DNA from: Synechococcus sp.
Lineage (GTDB): Bacteria > Cyanobacteriota > Cyanobacteriia > Thermostichales > PCC-7336
NCBI GenBank assembly: GCA_051439425.1
Contig: JBFRWD010000122.1
Span: forward strand, 1-30,114
Direction of reading: 5' to 3'
Length of the DNA: 30,114 nt
The first letter of the stretch is position 1, and the number at the start of each line of letters is the position of its first letter. Of this stretch, positions 1 through 9,716 are shown one piece after another. Both the position numbers and the translations under genes were made by a program. The notes beneath the pieces are model-generated. The model made no database searches. It was given only the letters and a program-made list of their open reading frames with translations, and was not told the origin of the DNA.

Positions 1-114
1 TTGAGCCGTAAGACTCTCTGCTATTCCAAATCGGAAGCTATGCTCAAACACTCGATTCGATTGCTGCTGCACTACCTTCGATATCGTGATGTTCCGACAC
101 CATCAGCCCCTTAA
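1..114 (+). CDS. IS1-family transposase, C-terminal fragment (partial)
   Basis: 37 open codons from position 1 to TAA 112-114 containing the RKTLCYSKS...RLLLHYL motif. Confidence 0.85.
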   Translation: MSRKTLCYSKSEAMLKHSIRLLLHYLRYRDVPTPSAP

Positions 115-125
115 TGTGCAACGCC
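1..125 (+). mobile_element. Right end of an IS1-family insertion sequence (runs off the left edge)
   Basis: Frame 1 reads LSRKTLCYSKSEAMLKHSIRLLLHYLRYRDVPTPSAP* (TAA 112-114), matching from memory the C-terminus of cyanobacterial IS1 InsB-type transposases (RKTLCYSKS..ML..SIRLLLHYL). It is followed by CTTAATGTGCAACGCC (reverse complement GGCGTTGCACATTAAG), an IS1-like terminal repeat ending at 125. Confidence 0.85.
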
Positions 126-1878
126 CAATAATGTATTTGAATGGATTAAAGGTGGATATACGCGGCTGATTACATTCATGACACGGATGCAATTCCTGGT
201 CGTGACTGTCTTCTGTATTGGTGCTGTAGCCACTGCTTGGATGTTCAGTATCGTCCCAGGGGGCTTTATTCCCGCCGAGGATCAAGGTTACTTCTTCCTT
301 GTAATGGAAGCACCACCGGGGTCATCCCTTAATTACACTGAAGACCTTACCGTACAAGCGGTAGAAGAGGTTATGACCTATGACGAAGTGGAACATGCTT
401 TAGGGCTAACGGGATTTTCTTTCGACGGTCAGAACAGTAACAAGTCACTTGCGTTTGTAAAACTCAAGCCTTGGGAAGAACGTCCCGGACCGGAGAAGTC
501 TGTATATGGGGTGATGCAACGAGCCAACCAAAGGATGAGCCAAATCATTGGTGGCGGCCGAGTCTTTGCAGCTAATGCTCCCCCTGTGGATGGTTTGAGT
601 AATTTTGACGGCTCTGAGTTTATGGTTCTTGACCAGCAGCTCAAAGGAATGGACGCGCTGATAGACAATACGCGGCGTGTTGTCGATGCAGCCAACCAAC
701 GTCCAGAAATCGGGCAGGCAATTACAACCTTTACCTTCAACAGTCCGATGCTGGAGGCCGATATCGATCGCGATGAAGCCAAGGCCCAAAACGTAAGAAT
801 TGACGATATCCTCACGACTTTGGGGACTTACTTAGGGTCTAGCTTTGCCAATCAATATGTACTGGACGGTCGTCTCTATCGGGTTTATGTACAGGCAGAA
901 GGAGAGGCGAGGACCAATCCTGCCGATATCGAGCGTTTGTACGTCCGCTCTCAAGATGGCACATTGGTGCAGCTCAGCAACTTGCTCACTGCTAAACCCA
1001 TTGTTTATCCACCCATCGTCACGAACTATAACGTTTTTCCTGCGATTAAAGTCATCGCGGCTCCTGCTCCTGGCTTCAGTTCCGGTCAGGTGATTCTTGC
1101 CATGGAGGAAGTCGCTAACGAAGTTCTTCAGCCTGGTTTTGGCTACGACTGGACTACCACTGCTTCGGAAGAAAAAGCTGCTGGTGGTGCAGCGATAGTC
1201 GTTTTCGGCCTTGCCTTTGTGATGGTGTTCCTGGTCCTGTCGGCTCAATACGAAAGCTACGTCGATCCAATCATTATTATGATCACGGTGCCCGTATCGA
1301 TGCTGGGGGCGATCGGCGGAATTTGGTTGCGAGCTAATTTCATTCAGCAGTCTGTACTAAATCCTGGAGTCGGTATTTGGCCGATCCTCAGCAGTAACAT
1401 TTATGTCCAAGTGGGTTTGGTGATGCTGATTGGCTTGGCAAGCAAAAATGCCATTCTAATTGTGGAGTTTGCCAACCAAGCACGCGCATTGGGGATGGAA
1501 ATTACTCAGGCTGCCATTCGTGCTGCCGAAAGTCGTTTTCGGCCTATTTTAATGACGGCCATTTCAACGGTTGTGGGTTTCTTGCCCCTCTTGATAGCAT
1601 CTGGGGCTGGGGCCGTAAGTCGCTGGTCTTTGGGGACGGCGGTATTTGGTGGCATGTTGATGTCGACGACATTGAGTTTGTTGTTTGTTCCCAATCTCTA
1701 CATCTTGATCAAGACCTTCGAGCGAGACTTCTTACAAGGGGGAGGTAAGAAACCTAAGCCACCTAAGCCACCGACGTCTCCAAGACCGACAAATGGTCGG
1801 AAGGAATCACTTCAATCTCCCGAAAAAACAGAGGCGCTGCCGGGGGCAATGCGAATGGGTGACGAGCCGATTCTTTGA
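126..1878 (+). pseudogene. HAE1/AcrB-family RND efflux permease, C-terminal half, separated from its N-terminal half by IS1
   Basis: GFIPAEDQG, LSAQYES, GLASKNAILIVEFA and RFRPILMTA motifs of the second RND repeat. RND-like sequence (NNVFEWIKGGYTRLI) begins at the IS end, and the upstream frame is closed by TAA 112-114. In-frame ATG at 178 gives 566 aa. Confidence 0.85.
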
Positions 1879-1934
1879 GCTTCTATCCAACATGAAAGAT
1901 AGAGCGCTGTTGTAGCGTAACTAGGCTGATTTGA

Positions 1935-2141
1935 ATGACCCACAGTAGAGTCTTAAGTCTGTTGACCGCACAAAACCTGTTGCTAGGGGCCGGGATTAGA
2001 ATTTTAGCAACCCACGGTAATGGTGATACTCGCTATATGGCGGTAGGCACTGTTTTCGCTCTTGCCGGTATCGTTATCTGGGGGCTAAACGGAAAAGGGA
2101 TTCGCAAGTTTTTAACTGATAGCCTAGAGGAGCAGGAGTGA
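1935..2141 (+). CDS. Small hypothetical membrane protein (68 aa)
   Basis: ATG-start ORF co-directional with neighbours; hydrophobic segment AVGTVFALAGIVIWGL and acidic tail. Confidence 0.55.
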   Translation: MTHSRVLSLLTAQNLLLGAGIRILATHGNGDTRYMAVGTVFALAGIVIWGLNGKGIRKFLTDSLEEQE

Positions 2142-2143
2142 TT

Positions 2144-2236
2144 ATGTTTGATGATTGGACAGTCGATGATTGGATAAACCATATCCTGTTTGTGGGAGCG
2201 ATCTTGCTTCTAATATGGAGCTTTATCTTTGCGTAA
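2144..2236 (+). CDS. Candidate 30-aa single-pass membrane microprotein MFDDWTVDDWINHILFVGAILLLIWSFIFA
   Basis: AGGAG SD just upstream, starts 2 nt after the preceding TGA, acidic N-terminus plus one hydrophobic helix; below the ORF-track cutoff. Confidence 0.55.
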   Translation: MFDDWTVDDWINHILFVGAILLLIWSFIFA

Positions 2237-2356
2237 ACTCCATTCACATGTTGGAGGACTTTCAATCAAGAATCCCTCCCTGGTTGAAAGAGATTCGCTC
2301 CTATGGACGATTCACCTAAATCAATTGAATTATTGCTTCTTCGAGGTTAGAGACTC

Positions 2357-2596
2357 ATGAATCTCAGAGTTGTAATCGCAGCGGGCATCATTTCGGCCCT
2401 TGTTGGGGCAATGCTTGGCATTGTTGCCTCTGCTATGGTTGAACATTCCAGGGTTAGCCAACGAACCCCGCATCGCAAGCGAAATGCGATCGCCGGCGCA
2501 GCAGTAGGGTTTGTGATTGGTTCTGGGTATGCAGCCCTCAAGCAAGAGGGCGATGACTATTTTGATGGAGGTGGTGAAGAAGAAAAGCAAGGATAG
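2357..2596 (+). CDS. Small Gly-rich 2-TM hypothetical protein (79 aa)
   Basis: GAGG upstream; two GxxxG-rich hydrophobic segments and an acidic tail. Confidence 0.75.
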   Translation: MNLRVVIAAGIISALVGAMLGIVASAMVEHSRVSQRTPHRKRNAIAGAAVGFVIGSGYAALKQEGDDYFDGGGEEEKQG

Positions 2597-2660
2597 TAGT
2601 TCTTGAGTTGGCTTAAGGGGGGTCGACGATGTTTTTGCTATTCATCCATCACCCACCAGC

Positions 2661-3215
2661 TTATAATTCACACCGAATCAAGCTTGTCATAAAGAAATTA
2701 GCCATCTTGGCACCATAAGGAGAACTCCACCACTCATGTGGAAGTGCTCCTGGAGGTGCCTCTAGAGAAAAGTCAAAATCGTCGTACTCTACACGTGCAC
2801 CATTTTTGCGCCAGCCCACTTTCTCCGCGGTCTTTTTAAGGGGGTCAAGATCCTCTGCCCTGAGGGCATTGATACTGCCTCCAACCTCCAAATAGGTTTT
2901 GAGCTGCAAACCAAATCCAAAGCGACCGTTACTGTATTTCATCCATAGCCCATCGATTGTCCGTAAAGCACTGCAAGGATAAGTCTGCATATCTGCAGGT
3001 GCAATATCGTCTTGATTGGCTTTACCAGAAACGTCCACTAACACCTTTGTGGTTTCTTTGTCTGCTTCCTTCCACTGTCCGGCAGCTAGCAAATCCCGCA
3101 GTCTCCCATATCGATAGGTATCGGATAAACAGGCTAAAGCATCGTCTAAGCGCTTTTCTAATTGAGTCACGCGATCTTCTAAAGATCGTTCGGTATTTGC
3201 TTCGTTCTCAGCCAT
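2661..3215 (-). CDS. GUN4-domain protein with short N-terminal coiled coil
   Basis: LRDLLAAGQWKEADKET, PCSALRTIDGLWMKYSNGRFGF, VGWR and APPGALP motifs of GUN4-like domains. Confidence 0.9.
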   Translation of the reverse strand: MAENEANTERSLEDRVTQLEKRLDDALACLSDTYRYGRLRDLLAAGQWKEADKETTKVLVDVSGKANQDDIAPADMQTYPCSALRTIDGLWMKYSNGRFGFGLQLKTYLEVGGSINALRAEDLDPLKKTAEKVGWRKNGARVEYDDFDFSLEAPPGALPHEWWSSPYGAKMANFFMTSLIRCEL

Positions 3216-3425
3216 AGCCCTTCTTTAAATCTGACTAGCACCAAGATTTTAAACTGGAGAATTGCGAATGCCGCCAACATTCAGAAAATCTACAGCTGAC
3301 AGCTCTTTCTTCTCTACCTATTTGTAATGGCTTATATCGTATGTAAATTTTCTGTGGACAACTAAAGGTTCACCATCAATCGTGTCGTAAACTATGACGT
3401 AATCGCACTAGAACTGTAGGAAAGA

Positions 3426-3884
3426 ATGAACTATACACGAATTCTAGTTGCCCTTGAAGCACCTCCATTCAGCGATGAAGTTTTTGAACGAGCAACGGCG
3501 ATCGCTCAAAATAGTGGTGCTTCTTTACTCCTAGTTCACGCCCTAACAACGACCATAGATTACTTAGACCCCACCCCATCGGTCTACAGCGAGTCTATTC
3601 AGGACTTTGCCGATCAGTTTCAAGAAAGTCGCAGACTTGTGGAGCTAAAGTTAGCAGAATACGGAAAAATAGCAACCGACCGGGGACTTTCAACCGAGTG
3701 GGAATGCGAAGCAGTCAAACCAGAAAAACTAATTTTGGATCGAGCTAAAAGTTGGAATGCCGATTTGATCGTGATGGGGCGACGCGGGCTAAGAGGACTT
3801 AAAGAAATATTGCTAGGAAGTGTCAGTAACTACGTCATCTACCATGCTTCCTGCTCGGTGCTCATTGTTCAACAGGACAGTTGA
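3426..3884 (+). CDS. Universal stress protein (UspA family)
   Basis: YTRILVAL N-terminus and ADLIVMGRRG..GLKEILLGSVSNYVIYHASCSVLIV signature. Confidence 0.95.
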   Translation: MNYTRILVALEAPPFSDEVFERATAIAQNSGASLLLVHALTTTIDYLDPTPSVYSESIQDFADQFQESRRLVELKLAEYGKIATDRGLSTEWECEAVKPEKLILDRAKSWNADLIVMGRRGLRGLKEILLGSVSNYVIYHASCSVLIVQQDS

Positions 3885-3945
3885 TAGTGTCTCGAATCCC
3901 AGTCTAAAGAGATTAGAATGCAGTTACACACGAGATGAGTTTGTT

Positions 3946-4110
3946 GTGAATTCCCTTTTAGCAAAATGGAAATACAAAGGGCGGCTGCTGTTTTTTCTTG
4001 GAGCTGCAGTGACATTGCTGTGTTTTGACTATCATTATGGAATGATGGCTCTGTCAGCGCTTGGGTTTATTTTTGTCTCTAAAGGAATGCGAACTCGAAA
4101 GAAAGCCTAG
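3946..4110 (+). CDS. Small 2-TM hypothetical protein (~54 aa, GTG start inferred)
   Basis: 3' part of ORF 3820..4110: basic N-terminus, two hydrophobic stretches, basic C-terminus RTRKKA. Confidence 0.55.
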   Translation: MNSLLAKWKYKGRLLFFLGAAVTLLCFDYHYGMMALSALGFIFVSKGMRTRKKA

Positions 4111-4357
4111 AAGACAATTCAACTATCGGATAGGCCTCATTAAAGTAGTGTTGACTCCACGACGTGCAAGTCTCGGATTGGCAACGTTCAATCATCAGGA
4201 TTGACACCTTAGGAGCCGCTAAATGGCCCAAACATATACTTCCTCTAACGCGTACTACTTCCTATCCCCTCGCCTGTTGCACAACTCCCAATCGGATGCA
4301 GTTTGGTAGCTTTGGGATAGCCTAAGGAGCGATCAAATTCACTTGCGGGTTGCCTTC

Positions 4358-4732
4358 ATGGATCTCATCCAGTTGTTTCAATCATCTGCCAATATCCAGT
4401 CGTTCTCTGATGGAGAGATCATCTTTCAACAAGGGGACTCGGGTGAGATTAGTTATGTCTTAGTTAGTGGTCAGGTAGATATCCAGGTTCATGGTCAATC
4501 TATTTACGTTGCTCAGCCAGGAGAAATACTGGGCATCATGGCCCTGATCGACGAAAAGCCTCGTAGCGCTGCGGCGATCGCGACGGAAGACTGTCAGCTT
4601 GTTCCCCTATCTAAAAAAGACTTTTTATTCCTAGTTCAGGAAACTCCATACTTTGCGATCGACATTATGAAAATGCTGTGCGAGTGGCTGCGTCTCATGG
4701 ATGAGAAGGTGGCGAGCCGCGATACAGTTTGA
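4358..4732 (+). CDS. Stand-alone cyclic-nucleotide-binding domain protein
   Basis: GEIIFQQGD, YVLVSGQV, GEILGIMALIDEKPRSAAA phosphate-binding cassette; no HTH domain. ATG 4358 chosen as start. Confidence 0.9.
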   Translation: MDLIQLFQSSANIQSFSDGEIIFQQGDSGEISYVLVSGQVDIQVHGQSIYVAQPGEILGIMALIDEKPRSAAAIATEDCQLVPLSKKDFLFLVQETPYFAIDIMKMLCEWLRLMDEKVASRDTV

Positions 4733-4863
4733 CCGTTTTGAAAATTACCAGCCAACAAGTCTGACAGCAACCCAGATCATTCGGTTTTCAGAGGGTATTA
4801 GCCTCACCAAATCCTCAATTAGACATTCCTACAATGGGGGCAGCCCACGAGAAATCGGTACCC

Positions 4864-5529
4864 ATGATTTACCTGCCGGTCTCCGCCCTTCTCTTCCTCA
4901 TCCTCCTACTCTCTTTGCCGTTTTTAATTCTGGCGCTCACCTTCGACGTCGTCACTGTCTCTGCTGCCAAACTTGGATTTGCCCCCGGCGTCGCCCTCTT
5001 GTTACTCATCCTCATTTTCATCGGTGGCACCCTAAACATCCCCCTCTACCGCACCGAAACCATCGTGGAAGACCCTGCCATGAAGCGGTTTCACGACTTT
5101 TGGGGCCAACAATTCTGGGGCTTTCCCATCCACCACATTCGCAGATCTAGCATCGTCGCTCTCAATGTCGGTGGCGGGCTCATCCCCATCCTGCTGGCCC
5201 TCTATCAATTCACCCAAGCTCCCTTTTTCCCTATCATCGCCGTCACCGCCCTTGTCACCACCGTCAGTTACTACGCCTCCCAAATCGTCCCCGGTATCGG
5301 CATCCAAATTAACCCGCTTCTGCCCCCCATCACTGCTGCCATCACCGCCAGCCTCCTCGTCCCCCACGCCGCCCCCGTAGCCTTCGCCGGAGGCGTCCTC
5401 GGTACCCTTATCGGAGCCGACCTCCTCCACCTTCACGAACTCAACTCCCCTGGTGTCATGAGCATTGGCGGCGCCGGAGTCTTCGACGGCATCGCCCTCT
5501 GCGGCCTCTTCTCCTTACTGCTTAGCTAG
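4864..5529 (+). CDS. DUF1614-like integral membrane protein
   Basis: GGTLNIPL, VALNVGGGLIP, GVLGTLIGADLLHL and SIGGAGVFDGI motifs; ATG 4864 (MIYLPVS) chosen as start. Confidence 0.85.
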   Translation: MIYLPVSALLFLILLLSLPFLILALTFDVVTVSAAKLGFAPGVALLLLILIFIGGTLNIPLYRTETIVEDPAMKRFHDFWGQQFWGFPIHHIRRSSIVALNVGGGLIPILLALYQFTQAPFFPIIAVTALVTTVSYYASQIVPGIGIQINPLLPPITAAITASLLVPHAAPVAFAGGVLGTLIGADLLHLHELNSPGVMSIGGAGVFDGIALCGLFSLLLS

Positions 5530-5679
5530 AGCAGGCTGACTTTCGAGGCACGATCACTCAACAAAAACTCTACAGTCAGCCTGAAAGAGAAGAGCGACAA
5601 GAGCGCCTGCTGCTCACCTCCACCTCTATGCACCCCATACAAATCTCTCCGTCAACCTCACATGTCCGCAGGTCTTCTC

Positions 5680-5750
5680 GGAGGGGTTGGAGGGGACGCG
5701 CCTCGTCCCCTGCTCGCGGGGTCGCGAGGGGGGTCGACACTCCCCTCGCA
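5680..5750. repeat. Two tandem GC-rich palindromic (REP-like) units between convergent genes
   Basis: AGGGGACG/CGTCCCCT (5691-5698/5704-5711) and GCGAGGGG/CCCCTCGC (5724-5731/5742-5749); each hairpin is preceded by GGGGT. Confidence 0.7.
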
Positions 5751-5765
5751 ACCTACCAACGCTAG

Positions 5766-6566
5766 TCAACCTCCACTAACCCAACCTCCTAGAGGTCCAA
5801 CGAACCTCTCCAACCCCAACAACCGAATCCGCCCCCCGCTGCAAACTTTCTCCCGATCGCGCTCCAGGTTATACCCCCACCCGGCCAAAAACAACCCAGC
5901 ACCATCCAAGTCAGCCTGCTCCTCTACCAACTGCAACGCCCCCAACCGATCCTCCACAAACCACAGCCGATCGGCAGAAACCCCTTCCGCCTCCAACACC
6001 AACCGCAACGTTTTGTACTTCGGTCGCTTCACTTCCTTGCCAAAAATGCGATCGTGCGGAAACTCCACCCCAGCCTGCTTTAACAGTTGATGAATAAACC
6101 GCCCCTCCTTCGTCGACACAATAAACACCCGCACATCCCCATCCAGCCAAGCCTGCAAGCGTTCAATCGTCCCCGGATAAAACCCCTGAATCGCCATCCA
6201 GCCATCCAAATCATTCGCTATCCATTCATCCCGCACGCGATCGACTAGAGTAACAATCCGCGAGCGATCGCCACCCTCTCGCTCCATCACCTTTCCCAAC
6301 ACCTGAGGCCAACCTTCTACAATTCGCTCCTCACTCTCCCCTAGCATTAACGCCCGCAAAAGCACCGGCATCTCCCACCCCGTCTCAATCACAGGTCGCA
6401 GTCGATAAAACCCTTCTGCCAGTCCTGCAGGCGGCTCAACTGCTGCTAGTGGCTGACTAGCGGGTGGCCAAATCTGCACATAGGCTCGCCAGGCGGTTTG
6501 AAAATACTCCTTCAACCCGTTCAGAATCACCCCATCAAAATCCAGTGCCAGAATTTCAGGCTTCAT
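5766..6566 (-). CDS. HAD-superfamily hydrolase
   Basis: LALDFDGVI motif I, IVSTK motif II, K motif III, WFVEDR motif IV, AGWGYN. ATG 6566 overlaps the tsaE stop (ATGA). Confidence 0.9.
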   Translation of the reverse strand: MKPEILALDFDGVILNGLKEYFQTAWRAYVQIWPPASQPLAAVEPPAGLAEGFYRLRPVIETGWEMPVLLRALMLGESEERIVEGWPQVLGKVMEREGGDRSRIVTLVDRVRDEWIANDLDGWMAIQGFYPGTIERLQAWLDGDVRVFIVSTKEGRFIHQLLKQAGVEFPHDRIFGKEVKRPKYKTLRLVLEAEGVSADRLWFVEDRLGALQLVEEQADLDGAGLFLAGWGYNLERDREKVCSGGRIRLLGLERFVGPLGGWVSGG

Positions 6567-7060
6567 CGCTCGTGCCCCCAAGTCCCCGATTCAAATGCAT
6601 CAAACGCCCGCCCCCACCAGCGAGCATGCTTATCCCCCGACGCCGTCACTGTTAGTCGTCGTGCATCATCCCCCACCACCTCCAACTGCAGCTGTAACCA
6701 CTCTGTTGGCAGCTCCGGCAACCGCTCTGGCCATTCAATTGTCAAAATCCCTTGCCCGTCTCCCAACTCTTCCAATCCCAAGTCGTACACCCCCTCAGGC
6801 GTCAATCGGTACAGGTCGCAGTGAAACAGCGGCACCCGCCCCTCCCAATACTCCTGAATCAACGTGAATGTCGGGCTGAGAATCGCATCCTCAATCCCCA
6901 ATCCGCGCCCCAATCCCTGCGTAAACGTTGTCTTGCCACCCCCCAAATCCCCCTCCAATAACAACACCAGCCCCGGCACCGCACATTCCCCCAGTAGTTG
7001 AGCGAGAGTTTGTGTCGCCTCAGGAGACGGCAGGATGAGAGGACGATCGGACTTCGACAT
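6563..7060 (-). CDS. tsaE: tRNA t6A37 biosynthesis ATPase TsaE
   Basis: LEGDLGGGKTT, SPTFTLIQEY, HCDLYRL and IEW motifs. Confidence 0.97.
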   Translation of the reverse strand: MSKSDRPLILPSPEATQTLAQLLGECAVPGLVLLLEGDLGGGKTTFTQGLGRGLGIEDAILSPTFTLIQEYWEGRVPLFHCDLYRLTPEGVYDLGLEELGDGQGILTIEWPERLPELPTEWLQLQLEVVGDDARRLTVTASGDKHARWWGRAFDAFESGTWGHER

Positions 7061-7473
7061 TAGAGAGTGAAACGTGGTGGATGGCAGTTGTGAAATCTAG
7101 CGAAACTATTCAGTTCTCGACTGGCGATCGCGCAGACTCTACCCCGAACACTGTAGCGCCAGTTCTCCTACCCATTTTCAGCTATGTCCTGCAATTGGAT
7201 TCCGCACAAAGTCGGACTCATTTCTCGAATATCGGGTGCTAGAATGCGGGCGCTTCAAGGAAAAAACGGCACAAGTGGAGTCTAGTACGCTGTCCAGGAG
7301 CGATCGCTCTCTCGGGCTGGCTGCAATATATTCAACATCGAATAGCACCTCTCGTAGCAAGTCCGAACAATCTATAAACATTCGGCGATCGCACCCAATC
7401 GTGCTGCGACCAAAGCAGCTAGAATCACACATTACAGACTGAAGACCAACCTAAATCGGGAGATACTGCCACC

Positions 7474-8700
7474 ATGCCCCAGAACAGCACCAAACCCAGC
7501 GCTGAAGACGCCGCCAAACAAAAAGCGCTGGATCAAGTGCTCGGCCAAATTGAACGCAACTTTGGCAAAGGGGCCATCATGCGACTGGGGGATGCCTCGC
7601 GCATGCGTGTCGAAACCGTCTCCGCCGGTCCCCTCACCCTCGATCTCGCCCTAGGGGGAGGCTTGCCAAAGGGACGTGTGGTTGAAATCTACGGTCCGGA
7701 ATCCTCCGGTAAAACATCCATTGCCCTGCACGCCGTAGCGGAAGTTCAAAAAGCGGGTGGTGTTGCGGCTTTTGTGGACGCCGAGCACGCTCTAGACCCC
7801 ATCTACGCCTCTGCATTGGGCGTGGACATCGAGAATTTGCTAGTCGCTCAACCCGATACCGGTGAAGCAGGTCTAGAAATCGTCGACCAGTTGGTCCGCT
7901 CCGCTGCTGTGGACATTGTTGTCATAGACTCCGTCGCTGCGCTGGTGCCAAGGGCCGAAATTGAAGGGGAGATGGGGGATGCTCACGTCGGCTTGCAGGC
8001 TCGCTTAATGAGTCAGGCTCTGCGAAAAATCACTGGCAATATCGGTAAAACCGGCTGCATTGTGGTGTTCCTCAACCAGTTGCGCTCCAAAATCGGTGGC
8101 ATGGGATACGGTCCGCAAGAAACCACAACCGGCGGTAACGCCCTCAAGTTTTACGCCTCCGTTCGCCTCGATATTCGCCGCATCCAAACGCTGAAGAAGG
8201 GGAATGAGGAATACGGCATTCGCGCTCGGGTCAAGGTGGCCAAAAACAAAGTCGCCCCTCCATTCCGGCGAGCTGAGTTTGACATCATTTTTGGCAAAGG
8301 GGTATCCAATACCGGCTGCATTCTGGACTTGGCCGAAGAGACTGATTTGGTGCAGCGCAAAGGGTCTTGGTACAGCTATAAGGGTGAGAACGTTGCTCAA
8401 GGCCGAGATAACGCGATCGCTTATCTGGACAACAATCCCGATGTCCGTGCTGAGCTGAACTCTAGCGTGCGCGAACAGCTCTCGATGGGGGCTTCCGTGT
8501 CCGCTAACTCCGTTGCCCCCACCCAAGCCGAAGCTGACAACGGCTCGTCTACCTCCGTCCCTGCTGAGACAGCAGCCAGTGCGAGCTTGGACGCATCCAA
8601 TGGCTCGAAAACAAATGGAGCGAAGGCGAACGGCAGTAAAGCCAATGGTGTCAAGGGAACTGATGCCAAAACCAAAACCGCTAAAACTGCTAAGCGCTAA
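7474..8700 (+). CDS. recA: Recombinase RecA with long C-terminal extension
   Basis: [40 protein letters not shown] and KNKVAPPF motifs; GGGAG SD. Confidence 0.99.
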   Translation: MPQNSTKPSAEDAAKQKALDQVLGQIERNFGKGAIMRLGDASRMRVETVSAGPLTLDLALGGGLPKGRVVEIYGPESSGKTSIALHAVAEVQKAGGVAAFVDAEHALDPIYASALGVDIENLLVAQPDTGEAGLEIVDQLVRSAAVDIVVIDSVAALVPRAEIEGEMGDAHVGLQARLMSQALRKITGNIGKTGCIVVFLNQLRSKIGGMGYGPQETTTGGNALKFYASVRLDIRRIQTLKKGNEEYGIRARVKVAKNKVAPPFRRAEFDIIFGKGVSNTGCILDLAEETDLVQRKGSWYSYKGENVAQGRDNAIAYLDNNPDVRAELNSSVREQLSMGASVSANSVAPTQAEADNGSSTSVPAETAASASLDASNGSKTNGAKANGSKANGVKGTDAKTKTAKTAKR

Positions 8701-8705
8701 ATCAC

Positions 8706-9716
8706 TTGTCTGCCTTCTTCTCCTTTTGGATAGCCGCTCCACCTGCGGCAATCGTCTTGATTGCCGCTCTTCTACTCGACTTCTGGATTGCCGATCCCTG
8801 GAGTTGGTATCACCCCGTTCAGGCAATGGGTTGGGCGATCGGTAAGGGCAAAGACATCATCCTCGCACTCAAGCTATCGCCATGGATGCAGCAGCTTGGC
8901 GGAGGCTTGCTGACCCTGTTGCTCTTGGTTGGCAGTTACAGCTATGCGGCAGGGGTAATCGCGATCGCCCATCGCATCCACCCTTGGGCTGGACTGACCA
9001 CTCATGCCGTATTGCTCGCCAGTTGTCTTGGGGCCAGAAGCTTGAGACTGGCTGCACTGTCGGTAGTGGGGCCGCTCAAGGATGAGGACCTCTCTCGCGC
9101 CCGCCATCTGCTGAGTCGTTACGTGGGTCGAGATACTGACGCTCTAGACGCCCCAGAGATTTGTCGGGCGGCGATCGAAACCGTGGCAGAAAACACCCCC
9201 GATGGAGCCACAGCACCATTGTTCTACGGCCTAATTGGTGGTGCCCCTCTGGCCTTTGCCTACAAAGCTCTCAGTACTCTCGATTCCATGGTGGGCTACC
9301 GCCGTGAGCCCTTTACCCATCTGGGCCGCATCCCGGCTCGCTTAGAAGATGCCGTGACTTGGCTGCCCTGCCGCCTAACGGTGCTAACCCTGGCACTATG
9401 GAGCGATCGCCCTTTCGATTACCTGCGCAACTGCCGTCGAGATGCCACTCAAGACCCCAGCCCCAACTCCGGTTGGAGTGAAGCGGCGTTTGCATGGAAG
9501 CTAGGGGTCAGGCTGGGAGGAACGAACAAATATCAAGGAACTATAAAAATCAAGCCGTTTCTCGGTCAAGCAAAGCAGTCGCTCACAACACAAACCATCA
9601 TCAACAGCACAAAATGGTTGCGACGGGTGATGGTTATCTGGACTTTGGTTGCAACCTGTGCGTATTACCTCAACTTTTTGCTGTCTAACTCGAATCTAAT
9701 CAGAAAGATTTTCTAA
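8706..9716 (+). CDS. cbiB: Adenosylcobinamide-phosphate synthase CbiB/CobD
   Basis: DP..WYHPV, VGRDT, ETVAENTPDG, YKALSTLDSMVGY and SPNSGWSEAAFA motifs; start approximate. Confidence 0.95.
   Translation: MSAFFSFWIAAPPAAIVLIAALLLDFWIADPWSWYHPVQAMGWAIGKGKDIILALKLSPWMQQLGGGLLTLLLLVGSYSYAAGVIAIAHRIHPWAGLTTHAVLLASCLGARSLRLAALSVVGPLKDEDLSRARHLLSRYVGRDTDALDAPEICRAAIETVAENTPDGATAPLFYGLIGGAPLAFAYKALSTLDSMVGYRREPFTHLGRIPARLEDAVTWLPCRLTVLTLALWSDRPFDYLRNCRRDATQDPSPNSGWSEAAFAWKLGVRLGGTNKYQGTIKIKPFLGQAKQSLTTQTIINSTKWLRRVMVIWTLVATCAYYLNFLLSNSNLIRKIF

Noticed and set aside
7061..7473. LexA box upstream of recA (AGTACGCTGTCC near 7284; CGAACACTGTAG near 7145)
   Set aside because: Half-site spacing is one base short and the second half-sites mismatch the cyanobacterial RGTAC-N3-DGTWC consensus.
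8005..8826. 273-aa antisense ORF over recA and the other long shadow ORFs in the track
   Set aside because: They overlap well-supported genes and have no recognisable motifs; expected from codon bias.
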